The translations under genes and the position numbers were made by a program. This document shows positions 24,601 through 35,100 of a stretch of DNA of 64,000 nt, in pieces. The DNA comes from Takakia lepidozioides (Eukaryota; Plantae; Bryophyta): the NCBI GenBank assembly GCA_030704615.1, contig CM060731.1, forward strand, positions 81,654,001 through 81,718,000. The letters run 5' to 3'. The notes under the pieces were generated by a model, which was not told where the DNA came from, did not search any database, and saw nothing but the letters and a program-made list of their open reading frames with translations. Position 1 is the first letter of the stretch, and each line of letters begins with the position of its first letter.

Positions 24601-26565
24601 ATCTCCCGGCTATAATCCAGGTGGCTTGCAGGACGCAGGAAATGTCACAGCAGCACCTGGAGCCCCATCTACTTCCTTGAGTTCCACACCAATAGCCCCT
24701 GCCCTTCCAAAGAAGTCTGCTGCCCCTGCAGCACCAGCAGGCACACCGAAGCCACCAGCAAACACCTCACAAAGGGGTCAACCATTGGGAGGGCATGCTC
24801 CCATGTACCAATCAATTGGGAGTCTTCCTGGGCAATCTGCTGTTCCCGTCCCCATGCATATGGGTATCGCAGCTCAGATGCCAATGCACATGGGCCTGCA
24901 TGTTATGTCAATGGGCAATGGTGTGGCAATGGTTGCACCAGTGCCATTTTCTGGGGCACATATAACTAACCCTAACTTGTTTTCACCTCTTCCATTTGGG
25001 CAGGTGCCAGGAGGAACCCCTCCAGGACAATCAGCTATGCATCTGGCGCCCCCTTCAATGCCTGGGGCTCCTCCTTTACCTTTTGGCTTTCCTGGAGGCT
25101 CTCCTGCCCAAGGTGGAGCCCAACCTGTTCCAATTGTGCCAGCTGGGGCTTATGTCCAGTGGCCAATGCAGCAAGCTGGTGGAGGGACTCACTTTGCAGG
25201 ACATGTTTCTTTCCCTACGGATGGTCAAGGAAGGCCACCTGCACCTCGTCCACATGCCTGGGCAAAGGAACGGTCGTTCAGGCAGAATGGACCTATGGAC
25301 CCAGCTTCGGGCTGTGGTACAGAACCTGGGAAGGGCCCAGAGGGGCGTGGGCATTCAGCTTTATACAGGAGCAGAATAGGGAAATTAGATACACAAGATA
25401 TTGACCAGGATCCAGAGCCACCTGTTCCAGGACTATCCCCTTCAGGACCCCCAATTCATTTGTCTTCACAAATGAGTTGCAAGGGTGGACCGTCTTCTGT
25501 GCCTTCAAGGGATCCAAGTCCAACTAACAGAAATAGCCTCCCGGAGGGCACTGCTGGTCAATCAACGCAACTAAGGGAGGAGAAGATTAAGGCTATTCCT
25601 GACATTGCACTTCAGCCCCGAGGAAATCCTCTGTCTTCAGAGATAAATGGGAAGTTCAAGGAACCACATGCTGGGTATAACCGGTCATGTTCATTTGAAT
25701 CCCCAGAAGTGTCTGGACAGACTACAGCTTATGGGGCTGATTACCAGGTTGGTAACAGCCAGGGGTGTGCCACCGGGGAGGAAGTGGGGGGAGCTTTTCA
25801 GTTCTGGGACACGCCCGAGTCCACAAGCTTTCAGGAACATGTGAGCTCCTTGTATCTCTGGATGATTTCTAAGTTCCTTTCAGATTTGATTTTCTGAGCA
25901 GTTCATCCAGATAATCAGTTCAATCTTACAACCTCTTGTATACTCATGATTGTGTACTGTGATTAATGTGCAGGTCTCAGCTCTGATTAGGAGTTACGTA
26001 GACAAAAACCACAAGGTAAGGATTGTTTCATGTTTGAACTTGGACAGTTGTTTGCTTGGCTTCAATTATTTACATGTAGAACTTTTTGTTATTGGTAATT
26101 GCCGAGGACTGTGTACAAGTTACTTATTTGGCTTCAATGTGGCAGATTGTGCGAGACACAGATAGGTTCTGCGGCAAAATAGCCCAAGTTGTGGTTCGGA
26201 AAGAAATCAACAAGTATCTGGGACAAAAAAGCCAGGTGACTCCTTTGTGCTCCATCACTCTCAGGACCTTTATCTTTGAAGTCCCTTTCCTTCTTTCCTC
26301 AAGCTCACTTGATCTTCTAAGATGTGGTACTTTGAGTTGAGGCTAGGACCGGAATGAGATAGTACATAAGAGGAGAATGGGCATTGTACTACAGATGGAG
26401 ATGGAGGTGACATCTCGGAATACTTTTCTTATAGGTGGTCTGTGCATGCAGGGCACCATGAAACCAATCAGTAGAAGCAAATTGCTGGATAGGGTTTTTC
26501 CCTATGTAGACAGGGAAGTCAAGGTATATACGAGGAAGATGGATATTGGTGAGCGTCGACATTAA
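6666..26565 (+). CDS. ASHH2: ASHH2/SDG8-like histone H3K36 methyltransferase (CW, AWS, SET, post-SET, helical domain, Pro-rich region, SRI-like C-terminus), multi-exon
   Basis: N-terminal exons 6666-7608, 8325-8708, 8957-10424 (internal frame switch), 10813-11418, 14220-14525, 15063-15347. CW 16753-16969 and 17217-17386 ([15 protein letters not shown]); 17584-17651; AWS 18357-18488; SET 18671-18787, 19361-19453, 20436-20513 ([10 protein letters not shown]), 20782-20838, 21115-21592 ([17 protein letters not shown]). Then 21848-21903, 22026-22105, 22203-22285, 22526-22605, 22967-23046, 23575-23620, 23927-25840, 25974-26015, 26146-26235, 26452-26565. The CW-to-end part is high confidence. Joining of the N-terminal exons rests on consistent phase-1 splice sites. 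Confidence 0.9.
11474..11864 (-). mobile_element. Two short 3'-end fragments of the same LINE family in ASHH2 intron 4
   Basis: 11597-11864 closely repeats ~11909-12181 (gtagccttgtggccattgaccc..ttccagatatcctctagaaatccc..ttcccttga). 11474-11560 is a more degraded 3' terminus (gtactcata..tagctttgtggc). Confidence 0.8.
11865..13746 (-). mobile_element. 5'-truncated non-LTR retrotransposon (RTE/RTEX-like LINE ORF2: RT plus C-terminal CCHC), frameshifted
   Basis: Minus-strand peptides [92 protein letters not shown]. Frameshifts near 13350 and 13150. The 3' end is ..CTTATGAGTACAAT followed by (CT)n. Confidence 0.93.
13748..13912 (-). mobile_element. Further internal 3' fragment of the same LINE
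   Basis: Repeats ~11638-11803 (ggaacacaaagggacag..gcccaataactaggg..cccaaaaggg). Confidence 0.8.
14740..14970 (-). mobile_element. Old, diverged fragment of a related LINE in ASHH2 intron 5
   Basis: Patchy similarity by eye to 12030-12390. Minus-strand [10 protein letters not shown] corresponds to [10 protein letters not shown] in the larger copy. Confidence 0.45.
15505..16028 (+). mobile_element. 5'-truncated LINE copy with a perfect 15-bp target-site duplication
   Basis: Reverse-complement homolog of ~11884-12405 (DDLKGL.TLG.RLKF.L.AGSLPL, CNCPMC..IHFLRHC, ends CTTATGAGTACATTCTG). Flanked by TTACTATCATTTTGA at 15490-15504 and 16029-16043. Confidence 0.92.
18841..19860. repeat. Unclassified interspersed repeat, partial copies at ~18841-18960, 19100-19263 and 19549-19860 in ASHH2 SET-region introns
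   Basis: Shared blocks tttcatggctg..ttactt..tatgccc..gatccacac..gtggcagcttgtcantgccac..gttga and atgttgtgctagttt..acttgga. Same family as 40756-41062. Confidence 0.7.
20968..21023. repeat. Perfect 28-bp tandem duplication in an intron
   Basis: GCCTCCAACATTGGATTAGGTTGATCCT occurs twice in tandem. Confidence 0.95.
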
Positions 26566-27535
26566 GGGGCTCTGGTCCCTCAGTGGACCTACAACATATT
26601 TTTGTGGCTCATTTTCTTATTGTCCTGTACAGTGGAGCACATCAATGCACTATTCAATTTGTTTGGGATGTTATTCTTTGCAATAACAGACAAACATTGA
26701 GGGCCACATTGTCTCTGTTGGCATGGCCTTATATATTCACATGAACATGGTGATCCCCACCTAATGGAACCATAGAAACAAGCTTATCCGACTGCAACAG
26801 TTCTTGTGTTGTTGGTTCTCTCAACACAATTCCTAGTGTCAAGAATATACATGACACACCACTTGGACAAAACTCAGATGCCAAGTACCTCAATTGGTGC
26901 CACATCCTGAATCAAGATTGTGCTATTACCCAAAACCAGTTATCTGGTGATGGCCTTCTTAGTCCATCAGTCTGGATACACAATGTACCAGACACAAGCT
27001 CCAGTCTGAAGTTGCATGAGCAACTTAAGGGGTATAAGGATTTTGTGTACAGTTGAACTCTAGTCAGAAAAGTAGGAGACAACAAGTCTGTTCCCCCAGT
27101 GTTGGAGTGACACGAAACTCCCTCCTGTTCAGTTTGCCCTGTAGAAGTCAAGAGAGAAGTAAATGTGTCCATTGGACAAGAGGCTATTCTTTAAAATTGA
27201 AGAGACATTGTACCTATTATACTTGGAAGGTGTGCACACAGAGTCCTGGGTGCTGTGGGGTGTGGGGAGGGAGGGAGAGAGGGCTTTGTGGTCATTTACA
27301 TGCAGTGTCTCTCTGTCTCATGGTGTCGGACCGATAGGTAGAGTAAGCAAGTCCATACTCCCATTCCTTGTCAGCTGCAAAGCTTTTGTGTTCCACTCAG
27401 CCCATACCCAAAAGTTCTCACTGGCTTAGGCCTTAACCCGAAGTTGACTAGGGAGGCTAGTACTGAACAAGGACATCAAGTGTTGGTTTGCAATTGTTAC
27501 ATGATTTCAGAGGCTGCTTGTTTTTGGAATCTTCT

Positions 27536-27554
27536 GAGAGAGAGAGAGAGAGAG
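27536..27554. repeat. (GA)n microsatellite
   Basis: Direct reading of the sequence. Confidence 0.9.
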
Positions 27555-28166
27555 GTGTCCATCTACTATGTTATGTAGATGTCATGGACATGTGGCCATT
27601 GATTCACCAGGAAAACCCCCCTTGCCATACAAGTGCGTGAACAGCCTTCAAGTGCCAGCATTGGACCACTGCGGGACGAAATTATGCTTAAGAGAGAAAG
27701 ATTGAGAGCTTTCCCTCAATACCGCAGCATCATGCCACATCAACGAGACTGACAAATACTGACTAAAAACCATTCTAAAACTGTGGCAGAGAAGGAAGCT
27801 CCTAGACAGTGCTTCACTGTAGGTGTGTTGATAAATGTCACAGTGGCTTGCAAATGTAGACCTCTTGCTGGCTGATTGATGATGTCTAGGATGGAGCTGC
27901 CTTCAGCACCTAAGGATTTAGGGCTGGTGGGTAAGGAGTTCCAGCTCTTGATCAATTCACCACATCGTTCATATGCAGGTTCAAAGCTGGTCCAGGTTCT
28001 GTGTCCTTGACAACTGGGGTGCACAACGTGATCAACTTAGGGTTAATGCTCGTTGGTAAGGACGAGATTTCCAGTGTTATTCTACAGTTTGGAACCGTTT
28101 GGGTTCCGGCCTTGTCAGGCGAATGTTGCACATTACATGAACTGAAAATGAGAGAAAGAGAAGTCT

Positions 28167-29240
28167 TCACCCCACCGCAAGTTGGTCCCTTGCAGAAGGA
28201 GGACGTTCGAGTGCAAGCCAGCCAAACGCTCCCTTCCTGTAATCACGAAGAACACGATGGGCAGCCTGGTTCACATCTCCCATGAACAACCCCTGGGCCA
28301 GTTCCTCTAAGAATGCTTCTCCAGACAAGGCTGCTGCATCGAGCTTGTAGCGCTCCTCCAGTACTTGAACCCCAGCAGACGGCATGCGCTTGATCATCTC
28401 CACCAGCACTGATGCCACTCCAGCCACAGCGTACGAACCCTCTCCAATATCATTACAGATTGCCAATCTGGTTGCAGCAGCCTGGTCCTGAATCCTCATG
28501 GGTAATACTCCTGGCGCATCCAACAAGTCCAGCCCTTCCGCGATTCGTGCCCACTTGAGATCACGGGTAACACCCGGGCGTGGGGCAGTCTCACACATCC
28601 TTCGTTTGAGCAAGCGGTTGATGATAGAAGACTTGCCCACATTTGGATACCCAACTACCGCTGCTCGTACATTTCGAGGTAAAAGGCCTTTCGAACGCCG
28701 CTTGGCATTGATGCTGATGGCAACCGACTTTGCCATTCTGGAGAGCTTCATTGTACCAGCACCCCGCCTACCATCTGTGAAGAGGGTGGGGACACCCTGG
28801 CGCGCATAGTAGGTTGCCCATGCATTCTTATCAGCAGTTGAGATCATATCCTCTCGATTCAACACTAAAATCTTAAGCCTCTCGCCAATCCACGCATCAA
28901 TCTCCGGGTGGGTGGTAGCCATGGGTATGCGCGCATCCCTCACTTCAATTACAACATCCATTACCTTCAATTGCTCCTTGAGTGATCTCTCCGCTTTGGC
29001 AATGTGCCCAGGATACCACTGGACAAGTCTCGCAGACCTGGTGAGGTAGTCTATGTCATCATCCAAACTTTCCCACTTCTCCTGTACTTCCGCAATAGCT
29101 GCCACAGCTCTCACCACCGTTGTGGGCTGAGGCCGGAACCCGACGGATAGGGGAGCATGAGAAGATCGCCACGCTTGCAACCCGGCTGTTGGCCTCACAC
29201 TGCCCGCTGTGAGAGATGGTAAGACCACTGAAGAAGCCAT
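28167..29240 (-). CDS. Plastid ribosome-biogenesis circularly permuted GTPase, RbgA/YlqF family (DAR GTPase 3-like), intronless
   Basis: [20 protein letters not shown]4 NRED, G1 GYPNVGKS, G2 PGVT, G3 DAPG. A transit-peptide-like MASSVVLPS.. starts at ATG 29240; the computed ORF extends to 29324. Confidence 0.95.
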   Translation of the reverse strand: MASSVVLPSLTAGSVRPTAGLQAWRSSHAPLSVGFRPQPTTVVRAVAAIAEVQEKWESLDDDIDYLTRSARLVQWYPGHIAKAERSLKEQLKVMDVVIEVRDARIPMATTHPEIDAWIGERLKILVLNREDMISTADKNAWATYYARQGVPTLFTDGRRGAGTMKLSRMAKSVAISINAKRRSKGLLPRNVRAAVVGYPNVGKSSIINRLLKRRMCETAPRPGVTRDLKWARIAEGLDLLDAPGVLPMRIQDQAAATRLAICNDIGEGSYAVAGVASVLVEMIKRMPSAGVQVLEERYKLDAAALSGEAFLEELAQGLFMGDVNQAAHRVLRDYRKGAFGWLALERPPSARDQLAVG

Positions 29241-30559
29241 AGCTGAAACCCACACTCGGAATCCCAGTAACCCACAATCTGTGAGCTGCAGGCCAAGAGG
29301 TGATAGGCTTTGTGTTGGGTCCACTGCATGGCCACCGTTGTGTGTCTTTCACGCTGTGACCGTCACGGCAGGCTCTAACGTCTTCCATTGCTTTCAGAAT
29401 TCAGTAAGGCAAAGTGGTTGGATGTGACTATAATGAGAGAATAGGGCTTTCCTGGAATTTAGACCAAGCTTTGAGGTTCCTAATAAGCATCTCAAGTTTT
29501 CTTACCAGCAGTACATATAATGACATATTTATTTCCGTGCTGGGTCAATGCACTCTATGTCTTGGCTTCTAAACTTGGCGTAAAACCTACTCCTACGACG
29601 ATGCAATACTTGCAAGAGAGAGGCTCGAATCTCTTCTTTACAATGGCTTCAGTTGGTTCTCCTTTTGTTAGTGTAAGCTCGCCTCCCCACAGTAAAAATC
29701 AGTCTGCAAATCCAATGCACTTATGTATGTTCCCGAGTTTTGGTTCACCAAAAACATCTACAGGTATACCAAGAGTTTTACTTTCTTCTCAAAGCTATGG
29801 GACATTACAGTTTTGCTGTTGAGTGGGCAGGTAAGATGAGGGTGCCGAACGCAGGACTGGAGACCTGGAGCGGGACTGTGGAGCTCAAGCATGGCCAAGC
29901 TCACCGCGAAGAGATAAAGGTAGTGGCGAGACATAACCATCAAGATTTGTGCAGGCTTTGCAAATAAGATTCACAGCCAGGTCCCCTCAGCTGCTGATAT
30001 CAATTATGTCGGAAACTTGAATATTTGCAGCAGAGTACACAATGGAGCCTCATGGCACACACACAGCACCACAATGCAGAGGCTGGTTCCTTCTGGGGGG
30101 GGAAGACGGTCAGGTGGCAAGCAGGGAGGTAGAGAGACTATGCTGGACAGAGAGGGAGAAGGGGGAGAAAGGCAAGCACTGCATCACAGGAAAGTGGTGA
30201 TTTTGGAGGTGGCAGAAGAGGAAGGAGATTCTAGAGGTGGGGAAGCATGAGATAGAGATGCAAACGGAGTGAAGGGCATCATGAAGTAGGAAGCACCAGT
30301 TGGCTCATGAACCAAAGAATATGAAGGACAAAAATCACACAGCAGTACTTCTCTCTGGCTCTGGTCTGGGCCCCTTGAGAGCTTACAGCAATTGCACAAG
30401 AGTCTAACTCTCTCTTGTGTGGATTTCTGAAGATTTGGCATAAATCCACTCATCCCTCTTCTAAAGAATTGCGAAACCTCCCTAGCACTAGAAACTAATA
30501 ACCCATAATCATGCCACATATTGAAACCAAATCAAATACAGCTTTGCCAATGTATTCAT

Positions 30560-31570
30560 TTAAACATCAGCAATAGTCACCTCGACCTCAACACCAGGTT
30601 CTATGGTGATAGACGTGATCTGCTTCACCACTTCTGAAGGACTGTGCAAATCAATAACACGTTTATGCACCCGCAGTTCGAATCCATCCCATGTGTTGGT
30701 ACCTGGCCCAACAAGACCCCTATTTCAGAAAAAGCTACAAGAATAAAAGCCAAGTAAAACGACTCCATAATAGAATGTACTCATAAGACGTTGTTTGCAT
30801 AGTAGAGAAAGGATGCCTCTTTGCAGAGCTCAAGCTCATGATGCAAACTGAAGATAAAAAACACTGATGCGATTCCACTCATTGAACTCCAAATGAAGCT
30901 CGCTGCAGTGAGAAATCCAGCCACACACGAACTTCTACAACATGTGCACTAGTATTAAACAAACCTCCTTCCACACAATTTGGGATCTCATAAACTACAG
31001 TCATAGGATTAAGGGCATGCCATCAGCTCTCTGCGTCTCCGTGATAGTGAACCATACCTTCTCCACATGGAGATTTCCGGGTGGTGATGCGCAACACCTT
31101 GGTGGGCATGCGTACTGGCCCTTTCACTTTCAGTCGCTTGTCCTTAGCACCCTTGATCAGATCAGCACACACTGCAATTTTCATGCAAAACAACTCATTT
31201 CGGCAACGGTGCTGTCTCTACATGGTGTGACATCTTCACACCGGCCTTTTCTCCTCGCCACTCTCTCCCACACGCACGGAAAATTGCTATCCTCTTGCAG
31301 TCCTCTCTATCACATGCAATACCCGAGCATACGCTGATTCTCACCTACCCATCCCCTTAAATAAAAATTTCTCGACATCTTTACCTCAATAACACTTCAA
31401 AGACATCACCTGCTGAGTTATAAACCAAAACCCTTCAAACTTGTGGTGAAAACAGGCACACCTTTCTCAAGGTTCTTCACACTCTTCGAAGACAGGGTGA
31501 TACGAATTCTGTGCACAGTCTCAACAGCCTCCTCAACTCCAACCTTCCCAGGCTTGATTGGCGCAGCCAT
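30560..31570 (-). CDS. RPS20: 40S ribosomal protein S20 (uS10), 121 aa, 3 exons
   Basis: Exons 31570-31462, 31171-31058, 30702-30560 (366 nt in total): [79 protein letters not shown]. Confidence 0.97.
30772..30798 (-). mobile_element. 27-bp 3'-terminal footprint of the LINE family in RPS20 intron 2
   Basis: agaatgtactcataagacgttgtttgc matches 11881-11907 (agattgtactcataagacgttgtttgc) with one mismatch. Confidence 0.7.
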
Positions 31571-32162
31571 TTTGACCAACTCCACAGCCTCCACAGACTT
31601 GCAACCTCGCTAGCTCCAGAGCAGCAGTCGAAGAGCGTGTTCTTCTCGCTCGTCTCACATATAGGGATCTCGGAAGGAACGAAACAACTGGACGAGGAAA
31701 TCGGACGAAATATTTACTCGTCCAGATGATCTCTTTCGTCTGAGGTGCTCTCTTTCTCCTCACTCTCTCTCTCTTTTGCTCTTTGAATCCCTGGATCTTT
31801 GTGTGCCTCTCTCTTTCACTTTCTTTCTACCAACATGAATTCGCCGTAAATTCAAGATTTTCATGAGACAGCATTTGAATGCTAGCTACTGCCCTGTGCC
31901 CGTGTCAACTCTCCATCCGTGTCTTTCCGTGCACAAGACCTTAATCCATCTTAATTGTCAAGTGATAGTTGACTGGAAAATTTCGGTGTGCTCCAGTCAT
32001 TGCAGAAACCTTTGCAACAAATCTGTTCCTGAAGTCATTGGGGCCTGTACATCTAAAGTAGTTCCATGACCACTTTTCATTTACTATTGGAAATGGACTG
32101 TGTGAGACTCAGGACTGAGAAGGTGAGGCGCTGAGCCTTGCACGGGTGACCTGGTGGAAAGT

Positions 32163-35100
32163 ATGGAGAATGAAGGGTACACAGCTGTGGTGTTGCATGT
32201 GGACCTGGACTGCTTCTATGCAGCGGTACTATCTCCCTTCCCCCTCCCGCTCAATATAGAATCACATATCGCTCTTCATTAGTAGTTTTTAGATTTTAGG
32301 AAACCTTGAGCTTTATAGTCACAGTTATTTGGAAAATTTGTGGGCTCTGCTTCTTCTCTTGCACAAAATCGCATAACTGTACACCTGGAAGCTGACGGGC
32401 ACGATTTCCATGTGTACCCTGCTAACCTTCGGTTTTTGCTTCTATCTTCACCTCCGTAGTATCTAATTTGAGTAATGTGAGGTTTCTGGGAAGAGTGCCG
32501 TGGCACATATCGGAATTGGCACTGCAGAGTGGATACGATTTGAGAGAGTGGTGGGTATGAAACATAAATTGGTGATGCTTCCATGACTACAATGCCCTAT
32601 GGTCCCAAAAGATGTGGAGACTAAGAGACTCTATGCTGTTGCAACTGGCCATTTGAGGTGCTTACGGTGGATATGTAGGTGGAGCATATGAGGTTGGGAA
32701 TTCCTAAAGAGCAGCCACTAGCTGTCCAGCAAAGAGACGGTCTCATAGCTGTCAATTATGCAGCAAGGGCTGCGGGAATAGTTCGCCATGAGAGAGTTTC
32801 TGAAGCACTTCTCAAGGTTGGTTGATTTCCCTTCCATTGGTCCTGGCTGGGGAGATGGGTAGTGGTCAACAAGCATTATCTTTTCAGCAACAGTTGTTGA
32901 GTGCTTGTCAATGTCTGTTCCTGCTTCTTTCCTTGCTCACAACTTTACTGTGGTTGCAAGCTTCTGACCACCCTCTTAGTTCCTGGGTGCAGGTGCAATG
33001 CAAAGTTAGCAAGTTAGTCTGTAACAGTTCTGAAAGATGAACCCAGAAAATATTGTGAAGTTCTTTCTAATTTGACGGAGGAATTTTGTTAGAAAGCATT
33101 TCATTGGGCTAGTATGTTCAAGTTAAGCATCAATTTACACTCTAGAGGGAATGCATACAATGGCAGAGGCTGATCAATAAATTTGTGTGCGGATGGCAGT
33201 GCCCAGATTTGTACCTGGTGCATGTGGAAACAATTGGCAGCAGTGAGGGTGGAAGTGCTGCTGTTGGTCCACGAAGCTATGCCAAAGTATGTCTTGAACG
33301 CTACCGCCAGGTTAGCCCTTCCCCAGGATTTGTTCCACGTATTCCTCTTTCACATGGATCCCTCCTATGTCAACATCTTTGTCCCATCGTTTATCCCTAC
33401 ACAATATAGGCCATGTGCTAAGAGTCTGATATCTTCCAGTATCTTCCTGATGAAAGGGGGGGATGGATTCAATGGCTGTGTAGCACTGAAAGGATGAACT
33501 TTCATGAAGATGACTGATATCCGCTGTCTTATGTGTTGAAGGAAATTAAAATTGCAGTTTCTTGCAGTGTAAATTGTTTGGTTCTTTGTTTCATGGGATG
33601 TTACTGGGCTCTGCAGGCATCAGCATCTGTGTTCACCATCTTCCGGCGGTTTTCGGATGTCTTTGAGCGAGCAAGCATAGATGAAGCGTATCTTGATGTG
33701 ACAGATCAGGTAACACACTTCCATTGCCTGGTATTGCTTCTACCTTGGGTAATGTGGCAGATAACCAGTGTCCGGCACTTGAGTTTCTGGCATTTTACCC
33801 ATGAACTGTAATGCAGTTAAAGCAAGTTCGCTCACTTGGTAAAGAGAGCATGTAGAAACAATTTGCATGAAACCTTGATAATTCCTATCATTCTAGTTTA
33901 CTGCCATTTGTCTTGCCCCCTTTACTCCAGATGAAGGAACAATTTCTCACAAGGAAATCCCCGTGGGTTCAAATCACCTCAGAGCTGGATGGTAAGTGAT
34001 GAATATTGTAACCTGACTCTTCTCATAAACTTGGCAGTGATGCTCACGTAGCTCACATTGATGCTGGCCTTAAGTATCACAGCACAATATGGATTTCGGC
34101 CATTTAGCAGCAGGAACTGTTGTGATACTGACCTTTTCCTTGCTGCAAATGATTTTGTTGGGTAAGGTTGAGGACATGATGGAAAAGGGTTACGATTGGG
34201 AGGGGGAGCTGCAGCGCCTGCTTCATGGGGAGGGTGATACCTCCAACACTGCTCCACAAATGTTGGTGGAGGCTGGCCCCTTGGTGCCATTCAATGCATA
34301 CGATCGAAGGTATGGAACAGCAGGACCAGCACAGTCGGAGATGGGGGAGATTAAAGAGAAACACTGACAGAGATTACAAGGAGAGAGAGATAAGAAGATA
34401 GAAATTTATTAGAGAGGTTCATGCCAGGAAGTGTGGAGTTTACGTGATATAGAAGATAATTGCAATGTTCTGACGCTAGAACTGGTTTCTAAACCTGTGT
34501 GCTCTGTTTGCCACTGGACAGGATAGACTGTTGGCTGGTGCAATTATTGCTGAGAGGGTTCGGTCTGCAGTAAGGAATGAACTTGGCTACACGTGCTCTG
34601 TGGTTTGGCCTTTTTCCATCCTCTTTTCTCTCTGTGCAATGCAGTTGGTTTCCCTCTTGAAGGGTTGAACATGATGTATGTGGTTGTGGGTGTACTGGGG
34701 TATAGGGAATAGCTACAAACAAGTTGCTGGCAAAGATAGCATCAGCCAAGAATAAGCCCGATCGTCAGACACTGGTGGGCTGCCTTTACCAGCGGCACCC
34801 ATTCTCCTTTCTCACAAACTTAGGTTGGGCCTGCTGTAAGCAGGTGTTATTGTGCAGTAAGTAGACTAAGGAATGTTGCATGGACACTCAGATCACTTAT
34901 CTTCTATGCTAGAAAGCAAGGTGTAAAGACATTAGATATCCTTCTGGAGATCTGCCAACTTTTACACGTTCTGTGGCCTGTAGCTCTATTGGTTAGTTTT
35001 ATATCCTCTTTGAAATTATTTCATGTTGCGCTGGATTGTCCCTTGTGCAATGTCCAGCATGAGTCAATGGAAAATAGCAATTTGAAAATTCCCCACTTAA

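Noticed and set aside
29520-30519. Short ORFs between RbgA and RPS20
   Set aside because: No domain signal. Consistent with the RPS20 3' region and the RbgA promoter.
30836-30872. ATGATG..CTGA resembling a C/D box snoRNA in an RPS20 intron
   Set aside because: It is on the strand opposite to RPS20, too short, and has no terminal stem or evident guide.
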